Below, piece by piece: positions 55,845 to 64,000 of a stretch of 64,000 nucleotides of DNA (positions are counted from its first letter, which is position 1; each line of letters opens with the position of its first letter). The stretch spans positions 10,322 to 74,321 of the forward strand of contig CAZVPI010000007.1 of the NCBI GenBank assembly GCA_964628035.1, given 5' to 3'. This DNA comes from an uncultured Clostridia bacterium. GTDB taxonomy: Bacteria > Acidobacteriota > Aminicenantia > UBA2199. The notes below the pieces were generated by a model. That model searched no databases. It saw only the letters and a list, made by a program, of their open reading frames with translations, and was not told where the DNA came from. The translations under genes were made by a program, and so were the position numbers.

Positions 55845-58075
55845 GCCCCGTTCTTCTTCCCGGCCTTCCTCTCCTTCTTGGCGCCCTTTTCCTCCGCCTC
55901 GTCGCCTTCCTTCTTGACGATCTGGTCCAGGACGCTGGCCAGCGCGCCGCCGAAGGCCCCCTCGTCCTTGTAGGCGACCTTGACCTCCTTGACCGGTTCC
56001 TTCTTGGCCTCGGACTCGCGGGCGGCGGCCTCCTCGATCAGGTCCTCGGTCAGGATCTGCTTCTTGATCTCGTCCAGCTCGATCTTCTCCTCCAGGATCT
56101 TCTTCTGCCCCTTTTTGGCCGTCTTGACAGGCTTCTCCGGCTCAAGCTTCTTCTTGCCCTTCTTGGCTGCCGCCTCGGGCCTGGCCGGCGGCGTGGCAAA
56201 GGGGGCGGGCTGGGCATAGGGCTCTTGGGCAGGCTTGCGGCCGGCGCGCGGCGCCGCGGCGGCTTCCTGGGCGGCGAATGCCGCCTCGGCGCGGCGCTGC
56301 TGCTCCCGTTCCTGGCGCTGCTTCTCCCTCTGCCACATCTCCTCCTCTCGCTTCTTGCGCCGTTCCTCGCGCAGCAGGCGGATCTCCTCCTTGGCCTTGA
56401 GTTCCTCGTCCTGCTGCTGGCGGCGGAGTTCCTCGCGGCGCCGCTTCTGGTCCTCGATCAGCCCCTGGCGGCGGACCTTCTCCTCCTCCTCGATCTCCAT
56501 CACGGCGTCCGAGTCGAGGTAGAAGACGCCGGCCAGCTTCTCGGCCGGGATGAACTCGGGGTTGCTCAGGATGATGTCCTCGACGGTGCGCAGGTCGACC
56601 GGAGCGATGAGGTCCAGGATGTGGTACAGGCGCAGGATGTGGATTTCGTAGTTTTTCTCGCGCTGGCCGAACTCCAGGAATACCTTGTGGAACAGCTTGT
56701 TGTAGCTCTCGCATTTGCGGAACTCGTCCAGTCGCTCGGCCAGGGTCTGGAAGACCTCGTTCTCCAGGAAGATCGTCTTGTTGGGGGCGACCGTCGAGGC
56801 GACCTTCTCGCCGCTGGGCAGGAAGACCCGGCGCTCCTCGTCGTAGACGATGCGGTCGGTGATGGCCCCCTTCTTGGTGGTCTTGATCGAGAACTGGAAT
56901 TCGCCGGCGGCCGTCTGCTCGAAGACCAGCGTCGTTCCCTGCAGCGCCTTGTAGGCCTCGAAGACCTTGTCGAAGCCCAGCAGCAGGTTCTCGTCGGGAT
57001 AATAATAGAGGGTGTGCTTCTTGTGACCGGCGGCGTCGCTGGCCTCGAGCTCCATGGTCTCGCCGAAGCGGTAGAGGCCGGGCTTCAGGCGCACGGCGCC
57101 GGAGGCGACCTCGCGCTGGGTCAGGAAATAGCGGGTCTCGCCCTCGGTGAAGATCTGCTCCTCGAACTTCTTGCGCTTCTGCGGCAGGTTCTTGCGGTCG
57201 GCGTAGCTGGCCTTGGCCAGGAAGGGATTGGGCTCGCTGACCAGCGAGTTGCGGCGGATGCGGTAGAGGGCCGAGATCAGGTGCCACTTGCCCCAGCCCT
57301 CGCCGCTGGTCTGCTGCAGGTCGATCTTGTACTCGGTGGTCATGATGAAGTTCAGGGCGAAGCAGGTGGCGGCGAAGTCCGGGTGGTCCGGCGCGACCTT
57401 GGCGAAGTTCTCGGCGAAAAACTCGGTGCTTTCCGAGGAGGGGCGGCCCTTGAGGAATTCGCGGATGGCGTCGAACACCGCCGCCGGGATGGCCCTGAGG
57501 TTCTCCTTGAGCATCACCTTGTCGCTGAGGAAGGCGATGACCGCCTCCTTGTTCAGCGCCGTGGCCAGCTTGCGGCGCAGCTGGTTGAAATCGCGCTCGA
57601 TCAGCGGCGACTCGGTCCGGCGCGGGTCGATGTCGGCGGTGATGAACTCGGCCGGCCGGCAGGGGGCCGCCTCCTTGTGCGGCAGCAGCAGATCGATCTT
57701 CTGGCGCAGCAGGTACTCGGTGTAGCGGCGGAACTCGGAGGTCCCCTCGTAGCTGAGGCGGATCTCCTCGCGGCCGCCGCGGCTGCGCGCCTCCTCGACC
57801 TTGAGGATGACGCCGCCCTCGACGGAGATGTACTTCTTGTTGCCCACCGGCAGCTGGCCCGGGTATTCCTTGTAGATCAGGTCCCCGGCCTGGTACTCGC
57901 AGTGGGGGTGATAGACCTTGACCCGGCTCTTGCGGTCCTCGCGGGTCTTGAACAGCGCCACCTGGGTGACCAGCTCCTCGAACTCCAGCGGCTGCTTCTT
58001 GTCCTTGAGGAAACCGCGGATGAACTCCAAATCGGCGGGGCCGATATCCAGATTCGTCTCACTCTTGCGTTCCAT
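55841..58075 (-). CDS. large conserved hypothetical protein with an about 250-aa Lys/Glu/Arg-rich low-complexity C-terminal tail
   Basis: 744 aa. The N-terminal about 480 aa are globular and I do not recognise them. The C-terminal part reads EEEEKVRRQGLIEDQKRRREELRRQQQDEELKAKEEIRLLREERRKKREEE...AAKKGKKKLEPEKPVKTAKKGQKKILEEK. The 4-nt overlap with nnr suggests co-transcription. Confidence 0.5.
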   Translation of the reverse strand: MERKSETNLDIGPADLEFIRGFLKDKKQPLEFEELVTQVALFKTREDRKSRVKVYHPHCEYQAGDLIYKEYPGQLPVGNKKYISVEGGVILKVEEARSRGGREEIRLSYEGTSEFRRYTEYLLRQKIDLLLPHKEAAPCRPAEFITADIDPRRTESPLIERDFNQLRRKLATALNKEAVIAFLSDKVMLKENLRAIPAAVFDAIREFLKGRPSSESTEFFAENFAKVAPDHPDFAATCFALNFIMTTEYKIDLQQTSGEGWGKWHLISALYRIRRNSLVSEPNPFLAKASYADRKNLPQKRKKFEEQIFTEGETRYFLTQREVASGAVRLKPGLYRFGETMELEASDAAGHKKHTLYYYPDENLLLGFDKVFEAYKALQGTTLVFEQTAAGEFQFSIKTTKKGAITDRIVYDEERRVFLPSGEKVASTVAPNKTIFLENEVFQTLAERLDEFRKCESYNKLFHKVFLEFGQREKNYEIHILRLYHILDLIAPVDLRTVEDIILSNPEFIPAEKLAGVFYLDSDAVMEIEEEEKVRRQGLIEDQKRRREELRRQQQDEELKAKEEIRLLREERRKKREEEMWQREKQRQEREQQRRAEAAFAAQEAAAAPRAGRKPAQEPYAQPAPFATPPARPEAAAKKGKKKLEPEKPVKTAKKGQKKILEEKIELDEIKKQILTEDLIEEAAARESEAKKEPVKEVKVAYKDEGAFGGALASVLDQIVKKEGDEAEEKGAKKERKAGKKNGA

Positions 58076-58078
58076 GTG

Positions 58079-59053
58079 CTATTCTCCCTGGGGGGATCTC
58101 CCCGCGCGGCCGCGGTGGATGAGGGTCCCCGAACGGCCGGCCAGCGCCGCCTTGAGCTTCTCGGCCGAGGTGATCAGCACCTGGCGGCCGCCGCCCTGGA
58201 TGTAGTCGATGGCGGCGACGATCTTGGGCCCCATCGAGCCGGGCGGGAATTGTCCCTGCTCCAGCATGCGCCGGGCCTGCTGGACGTCCATGGCGGCGAC
58301 GGGCCGGGCGTTCTCCTTGCCGAAGTTCTCCCAGACGCGGTCGACGCCGGTCAGGATGATGAACAGGTCGGCCTTCGCCTCGCGGGCGATGAGCGCCGAG
58401 GCGTGGTCCTTGTCGATGACCGCCTCCACCCCCTCCACCAGCCCCGAGGAGTTGATGAAGACCGGGATGCCGCCGCCGCCGGCGGCGATGACCACGATGC
58501 CCCGCTCCACCAGCGAGCGGATCGCCCGCTTGGGGATGATGTCGATGGGCAGCGGCGAGGGGACGACGCGGCGGAAGCCGCGGCCGGCGTCCTCCACCAT
58601 CTGCCATTTGTTCTCTTTGCGCAACTGGGCGGCGCGGAAGGCGTTGTAGAAAGGGCCGATGGGCTTGGTGGGGTTCTGGAAGGCCTTGTCCTCGCGGTCG
58701 ACCACCACCTGGGTCAGAACCGTCGAGACCTCCTTGTCGATGGAGCGCTTGCGCATCTCGTTCAGCAGGGCCCGCTCCAGCATGTAGCCCATGCTGCCCT
58801 CGGTCATGGCGTCGCAGACGTCGAGCGGGAAAGCGGGGAGGGTGTTGGCCGCCGCTTCCATTTGCAGCAGCAGGTTGCCCACCTGCGGGCCGTTGCCATG
58901 GACGATGATCAGCTCGTAGCCCTTGCGCACGATCTCGACCATCAGCTGGGCCGCTTTCTGGGCGTTGCGGTATTGTTCCCTGGCCGTGCCCTTGGACCCG
59001 GCTTCCAGCATGGCATTGCCCCCGAAAGCGATCAAGGCCAGTTTGTTTCTCAT
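58079..59053 (-). CDS. arcC: carbamate kinase
   Basis: Start MRNKLALIAFGGNAM. The conserved regions IVHGNGPQVG and VIAAGGGGIPV are present. A GGAGAA RBS is upstream. Confidence 0.8.
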   Translation of the reverse strand: MRNKLALIAFGGNAMLEAGSKGTAREQYRNAQKAAQLMVEIVRKGYELIIVHGNGPQVGNLLLQMEAAANTLPAFPLDVCDAMTEGSMGYMLERALLNEMRKRSIDKEVSTVLTQVVVDREDKAFQNPTKPIGPFYNAFRAAQLRKENKWQMVEDAGRGFRRVVPSPLPIDIIPKRAIRSLVERGIVVIAAGGGGIPVFINSSGLVEGVEAVIDKDHASALIAREAKADLFIILTGVDRVWENFGKENARPVAAMDVQQARRMLEQGQFPPGSMGPKIVAAIDYIQGGGRQVLITSAEKLKAALAGRSGTLIHRGRAGRSPQGE

Positions 59054-59125
59054 CGTTCTCCAGCCCCGCAAAAAAAGCCGTCCGCCCCCTGCCGGGAGCG
59101 GACGGCGGCTGCGCCGCTGCGGCGC

Positions 59126-60440
59126 CTATTTCTTGAATTTCTTGCCCAGGATCTCCTCCAGGTTCGGGGTGCCGATCTCCTGGAGCTCGTAGCCGACGCG
59201 GACCGTGGGCCTCTTGAACGTGACGATGCGGCCCAGGTCGATGGGCGTGGCGATGACGATCAGGTCGCAGTCCACCTTGTTGATGGTGGCCTCCAGGTCC
59301 TTCATCTGCTTGGCGCCGTAGCCCATGGCCGGCAGCAGCACGCCGATGTCGGGGTACTTGCGGAAGGTCTCGGCGATGGTGCCCACGGCCCAGGGGCGCG
59401 GATCGACCAGCTCGGCGGCGCCGTACTTCTGGGCGGCCATGACGCCGGCGCCGTACTGCATCTCGCCGTGGGTCAGGGTCGGGCCGTCCTCGATGACCAG
59501 CACGCGCTTGCCGCGGATCCTCTCGCCGTTCTTGACCAGCAGCGGCGAGGCGGCGTCGACCACGACGGCCTTGGGGTTCAGCTCGCGGATGCTCTCGCGC
59601 ACCTCCAGGACGTTCTCCAGGTCGGCGGTGTCGATCTTGTTGATGACGATGACGTCGGCGCGGCGGAAGTTGACCTCCCCCGGGTAATACTCGCGTTCGT
59701 GGCCAGCGCGGTGCGGGTCGGCGACCACGATCTCCAGGTCCGACTTGTAGAAGGGGAAGTCGTTGTTGCCGCCGTCCCAGAGGATGACGTCGGCCACCTT
59801 CTCGGCCTCGCGCAGGATGGCGCCGTAGTCGACGCCGGCGAACACGATGACGCCGTTCTCGATGTGCGGCTCGTACTCCTCCATCTCCTCGATGGTGCAC
59901 TTGTGCCTGGCCAGGTCGGCCTTGGTGACGAATTTCTGCACCTTCTGGGCCACCAGGTCGCCGTAGGGCATGGGATGGCGGATGGCGGCCACCTTCTTGC
60001 CCATGGCGATCAGGATCTGGCTGACGCGGCGGGTGGTCTGGCTCTTGCCGCAGCCGGTGCGCACGGCGCAGACCGAGACGACGGGCTTGCTGCTCTTGAT
60101 CATCGTTTCGCGGGGCCCGAGCAGGATGAAGTTGGCGCCGGCGGCCTGGACCTCGGCGGCCTTGTCCATGACGTACGTATGGCGCACGTCGCTGTAGGCG
60201 AAATAGACGTCGTCGATCTCCAGCTTCTTGATCAGATCGACCAGTTCGGTCTCGGGATAGATGGGGATGCCCTGGGGATAATATTCGCCGGCCAGCTGGC
60301 GGGGGTACTTGCGCCCGGCGATGTCGGGAATCTGGGTGGCGGTGAAGGCCTTTACCCGGATCTCGGGGTTGTTGCGGAAAAACACGTTGAAATTATGGAA
60401 ATCCCGGCCGGCGGCACCCATGATCAAGGCGTTACGCATG
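59126..60440 (-). CDS. cyclic 2,3-diphosphoglycerate synthetase-like / COG2403-type predicted P-loop GTPase
   Basis: 438 aa from MRNALIMGAAGRDFHNF. The P-loop is VCAVRTGCGKSQTT. The family assignment is from memory (cpgS-like). It lies upstream of arcC on the same strand. An AGGAGG RBS is present. Confidence 0.5.
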
Positions 60441-60526
60441 AAATTCCTCCTGTATTTTTGTTGTTTTTCGCAGTGGCAATGAACGGTAATTATAAACAAT
60501 ATGGGGCGGGGTGTCAATGATAAAAA

Positions 60527-60770
60527 AGACGTCAGACGCCAGACGTCAGACGCGGGCAAGACAAGGAAAAAGACCTTCTTCGGCATTCTGAAGCTGAATG
60601 CGCCATGTTCACCGTCAGGGCCGTTTTTCCTGCTAACGTCTGTCGTCTAACGTCTATGAAGAAGACGTCAGATGTTAGACGTTAGCGGTTAGCAAGAAAA
60701 AAGCCCTGTAATCACAAATCTTCTCTTCTCTTGCTAACGTCTAACGTCTAGCGTCCAACGTCGAATGTCT
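60527..60770. repeat. four alternating-orientation CAGACGT/GTTAGACG arrays in the divergent intergenic region between the cpgS-like gene and galE
   Basis: aagacgtcagacgccagacgtcagacgc (+), tgctaacgtctgtcgtctaacgtcta (-), aagacgtcagatgttagacgttagcggttagc (+), ttgctaacgtctaacgtctagcgtccaacgtc (-). Confidence 0.7.
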
Positions 60771-60783
60771 CGCGCTCGCTCTA

Positions 60784-60813
60784 TTGACTGCCTCCGATCC
60801 CTCCCCTATACTC
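60784..60813 (+). promoter_or_regulatory. sigma70-like promoter TTGACT-N18-TATACT placed so that galE mRNA would be leaderless or nearly so
   Basis: ttgactgcctccgatcccctcccctatactcaagccATG. No Shine-Dalgarno is visible upstream of ATG 60818, and the -10 ends 4 nt before the ATG. Confidence 0.3.
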
Positions 60814-60817
60814 AAGC

Positions 60818-61832
60818 CATGAACAGCCCCAAAACGGCTTCCAACGAGCCGATCCTGGTCACCGGCGGCGCCGGCTACATCGGCTCGCACGTGGTCCGCG
60901 ACCTGGGAGCGAGCGGTTATCGCCCGATCGTTCTCGACGACCTGTCCTCCGGGCACGAGGAGGCCGTTCTGTCGGGCGAGCTGGTGCGCGGCGACGCCGG
61001 CGACGCCGGCCGGGTCGCATCGCTCCTGCGCAGCCGCAAAATCCGCAGCGTCCTCCATTTCGCCGCCTTCATCCAGGTGGAGGAATCGGTGGCCGAGCCG
61101 CTGAAATACTACCGGAACAATTCGTTCAACTGCCTGCGCCTGCTGCAGGCCTGCCTGGAGACCGGAGTGGAACACTTCATCTTCTCCTCCACCGCCGCCG
61201 TCTACGGCATGCCGGATAAGGTTCCGGTCGCCGAAACGGCGCCGCTGCTGCCCATCAACCCCTACGGCGCCTCCAAACTGGTCGCCGAGATGATGCTGCG
61301 CGATGCCGCCGCCGCCCATCCCGGCTTCCGCTATGTCGCCCTGCGCTATTTCAACGCCGCCGGCGCCGACCGCCAGGCCCGGCTGGGGCAGAATTACCGC
61401 CGACCGACCCACCTGCTCACCCGGGCGCTCAAGACCGCCCTCGGCGGGTACCCCGGGCTGGAGATCTTCGGCAGCGATTACCCGACCGCCGACGGCACGG
61501 CGGTGCGCGACTACATCCATGTCGACGACCTTTCCTGCGCCCACCTCCTGGCCCTGGACTACCTGAAGCGGGGGGGGCGCAGCCGGGCGTTCAACTGCGG
61601 CTACGGCATCGGCCACTCGGTCCTCGATGTCGTCGCCGCCGTCAAGCGGGTCACGGGGGTCGATTTCCCCGTGTCGCGCACCGGCCGCAGGCCCGGCGAC
61701 CCGGCGTCCCTGGTCGCCGACGCCTCCCTGATCCGCCAGGAACTGGGCTGGTCGCCCGTCGTCCCGCCGCTGGACGAGATCGTGGCCAGCGCCTGGGCAT
61801 GGGAGCGCAAGCTGGCCGCGCGGCAGCCGTGA
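60818..61832 (+). CDS. galE: UDP-glucose 4-epimerase
   Basis: Start MNSPKTASNEPILVTGGAGYIGSH is the NAD Rossmann GxxGxxG. The SSTAAVYG and YGASK catalytic triad region (Y/K) are present. It is about 338 aa. Confidence 0.85.
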
Positions 61833-61842
61833 ACAAACGGTC

Positions 61843-64000
61843 ATGAAAAAAGTGTTCGTTCTTCTGGGGCTGGCCTGCGCCCTGGCAACGGCTGCCCTGC
61901 CGGCCGCAAAGTTCCCCCCGGGAGTCCGCTGGCGCGAGATCGGCCATGACTCCATCACCGTCATCTTTCCGGCCGAACGGAGCGCCGAGGCCGCGGCGGC
62001 GCTGGCTTCGGCCCGCGCCCTGAACCTGGGGCTGGCCTCCTACTGGGGCTTCCGCCTGCGGGGGCGGACACGCATCGTGCTCGGCGACTTCAGCGACCAG
62101 GCCAACGGTTTCGCCACCTTCTTCCCCTATAACCTGGTCGGGGTCGACCTGGCCGAGCCCCCGCCCGATTCGGAGATCGCCAGCAGCCGGGAATGGCTCG
62201 ACCTGGCCCTGGCCCACGAGCTGACCCACATCCAGACCCTGAACGCCGGCTCGGCGGCGATCCGGCTGGGCCGCCGCCTGTTCGGTTCCCATCCGGTTCT
62301 CTTTCCCGCAACGCAGCTCCCGCCCTGGGTTGTCGAGGGTCTGGCCATCGAGGGCGAGTCGCGGCTTTCGGGCGAGGGGCGCCTGAACCACGCTCCCTAC
62401 CGGCTGATGCTCGCCGCAGCCCGCCGCGACGGCGCTTTCCCGAGCTGGCGTTCGCTTGCCGGAATGCCGGCCGCCTGGCCCGGCGGATCGGCCAAGTACC
62501 TTTTCGGCGCCGGCTTCATGGACTTCCTGGCCGAAACGCAAGGCCCGACGGCCTCCACGCGCTACGTGCGGCGCTTTTCCAGCCGTCTGCTCACCCTGGG
62601 AGCCAGCCGCGATTTCCGGAAGCTCTTCGGCAGGACCCTGGGCGAGCTATGGGGCGAATACGCCGAGGCGAAGGAACGGCCACGGCGGGCGACGGTCGAG
62701 CCGCTGACGAAGGACGGCTTCGCCAACCGATTCCCCTGCGCTCTGGCCGGGGGCCGCTTCGCCTACTACCACCGCGATGACCGCGGCCGGGGGGAAATAC
62801 GGCTGGTCGATCGTCACGGGAAGGAGCGGACCCTGTTCAAAATGGACGCGGTCAATGCCCTGGGAGCGGGCAGGCCGGGGAAGCTGCTCCTCTCGGCCTG
62901 CGAGCTGCACCGCTCGTTCCGCGACTTCTCCGACCTGTACGAGGTTGACCTGGAAAAAGGCCGGTTGAAGCGCCTTTCGCGCGGGAAGCGCCTCTCTCAT
63001 CCCGCCTGGCATGCCCCCCGGCCGGGCGAGGCCGGCCGGGTCTACTGCGTCGAGCGCCGCAACAACCGCAGCCGCCTGGCCCTGTTCGACCCGAAAAAGG
63101 CCGAGGCGCGCTCCATCTCCATGGCCTTCGCCGGCATGGCCCAGGTGGACGTCTCGCCGGACGGGACGCGGATCGCGGCGGCGGCCAAACCGGCGGGCGG
63201 CCCCTGGGGGATCGCGGTCTTCCAAGCCAGCGGCGCCTTGGAGCGCTTCCTCTCGCTGGCCGCAAGCGACCTGAGCCAGCCGCGCTGGGCAAGGGACGAC
63301 CGGCTGTTCTTCATCGCCTCGGGGAAGGAAACCTCGTTCGTCGCCTTCTGGTCACCCGACATGGATGGCGCCTGGCGCCTCGACGAGCCGCGTCTGGCCG
63401 GCGTCCGCCAATTCGACCTCAGCCGCGACTTCAAGGAGATCCTGTTCGCGACCTTCAGCGGCCGCGGCGAGGAGATCGCCAGAGCGGCGTTCGAGTGGAT
63501 CCCGCAAGCGCCGGCCGATATTTCCGTGGCTGCGGATATTCCCGAGGGCCATGCCGCGCCTGCGGCTCCCCCTTCATCGCGCCCCTATCGGCCGCTGCGC
63601 GACCTGCCGCCCCGCTGGTGGTCGCCGGTGCTGAGATCAGGCGACGGCGACATCCTGGCCGGCCTGGCCAGCGGAGGCCAGGACGCCCCGGGCATCCATG
63701 CCTACTCCCTGGAAGCGGGTTATGGCACAGGCAGCCGCAGGGCGAACTTGTTCTTTCAATACGCCTATGACGGGCTGTTCCCCACCCTGCGGCTCATCCT
63801 GGGCGACCGCAGCGAGTATTTCCGCGGTTCGGACACGGCCATCCGCACCCGGGAGCTGACCCTGGCCTCGCTCTGGCCCCTGCGCCTGCGCCGGCGCTCG
63901 CAAACCCACGCCTACGCTGACCTGCACCTGGAGAAGCGATCCTTCATCGACGGGCCGAGGCGATTCCCCCTCCCCGACCTGGGCAATGGCTTTCATGCCG
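61843..64000 (+). CDS. secreted putative zinc metallopeptidase (HExxH) with C-terminal TolB-like beta-propeller repeats; partial, continues past window end
   Basis: Start MKKVFVLLGLACALATAALPAAK is a signal peptide. The HELTHIQ motif lies in the N-terminal domain. The later segments VDVSPDGTRIAAAA and ...SPDMDGAW... resemble TolB/WD40-like propeller blades. It is not in the ORF track because no stop codon falls within the window. Confidence 0.45.
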   Translation, partial: MKKVFVLLGLACALATAALPAAKFPPGVRWREIGHDSITVIFPAERSAEAAAALASARALNLGLASYWGFRLRGRTRIVLGDFSDQANGFATFFPYNLVGVDLAEPPPDSEIASSREWLDLALAHELTHIQTLNAGSAAIRLGRRLFGSHPVLFPATQLPPWVVEGLAIEGESRLSGEGRLNHAPYRLMLAAARRDGAFPSWRSLAGMPAAWPGGSAKYLFGAGFMDFLAETQGPTASTRYVRRFSSRLLTLGASRDFRKLFGRTLGELWGEYAEAKERPRRATVEPLTKDGFANRFPCALAGGRFAYYHRDDRGRGEIRLVDRHGKERTLFKMDAVNALGAGRPGKLLLSACELHRSFRDFSDLYEVDLEKGRLKRLSRGKRLSHPAWHAPRPGEAGRVYCVERRNNRSRLALFDPKKAEARSISMAFAGMAQVDVSPDGTRIAAAAKPAGGPWGIAVFQASGALERFLSLAASDLSQPRWARDDRLFFIASGKETSFVAFWSPDMDGAWRLDEPRLAGVRQFDLSRDFKEILFATFSGRGEEIARAAFEWIPQAPADISVAADIPEGHAAPAAPPSSRPYRPLRDLPPRWWSPVLRSGDGDILAGLASGGQDAPGIHAYSLEAGYGTGSRRANLFFQYAYDGLFPTLRLILGDRSEYFRGSDTAIRTRELTLASLWPLRLRRRSQTHAYADLHLEKRSFIDGPRRFPLPDLGNGFHA

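Noticed and set aside
56225-60520. 1431-aa plus-strand ORF in the supplied track
   Set aside because: It is antisense to four well-supported minus-strand genes: the K/E-rich protein, arcC, the cpgS-like gene and part of nnr. Its translation is low-complexity G/A/R/L-rich, typical of stop-poor reverse frames in high-GC DNA.

Overview
This 64 kb window from a high-GC Gram-negative-type genome has two clearly different parts. GC content looks like about 65-70% over most of the window, judged by eye from the sequence. The evidence for a Gram-negative host is the TonB/ExbB/ExbD, LptB and OmpA genes; a VWFA-related Acidobacterial-type domain hints at an Acidobacteria-like lineage. (1) Positions 1 to about 9560 form a low-GC island (about 45-52%) of probable horizontal origin. 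It carries six co-oriented minus-strand genes that look like a defence island. They are a partial SIR2_2-like protein translationally coupled to RmuC; a YhcG/DUF1016 PD-(D/E)xK nuclease; and a tightly overlapping three-gene operon. That operon encodes a MazG-like NTP pyrophosphohydrolase, a DUF2075 Schlafen-like ATPase with an N-terminal PD-(D/E)xK nuclease domain, and an SNF2 helicase with a C-terminal DUF3883/PD-(D/E)xK domain. It has its own sigma70-like promoter. I do not recognise this combination as any named defence system, and it is my best candidate for the undescribed system. (2) The native high-GC region contains an unusual Hdr/Qmo-like operon. Its genes are tusA, arsR, mvhD, an HdrL-like HdrA with a GltD/NfnB insertion, hdrA, a small winged-helix protein, a QmoC/HdrE-like ferredoxin-cytochrome b protein and dsrE. 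Upstream of tusA there is a near-perfect 15-2-15 AT-rich inverted repeat. The rest is housekeeping: tonB-exbB-exbD; lptB-rpoN-hpf-hprK-EIIA(Man)-ptsH-ptsI; plsC and a lipid kinase; perR-like Fur regulator with peroxiredoxin; dodecin; a hybrid histidine kinase; an OmpA-family protein; a VWA-domain protein; an AI-2E transporter; pyrF; nnr-tsaE; arcC with a cpgS-like P-loop protein; galE; and several secreted or lipoproteins carrying Kre9/KNH-like repeats, DUF4091 and FN3 domains. A striking non-coding feature is a family of about 19 modular intergenic elements built from degenerate 6-7 bp tandem units (TAGACGT, GTGACGA, CACTAAC, ATCACGA, ACGGCAT, CACCAAG and a GAAAAGGCAAAAGTGA-like box). They often occur as inverted pairs between convergent genes, with conserved module order and several about 60-90 nt blocks at 75-85% identity between copies. 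I found no rRNA, tRNA or CRISPR. Many long ORFs in the supplied track are antisense artefacts of the high GC content. Coordinates of internal starts are hand-derived and may be off by a few nt.
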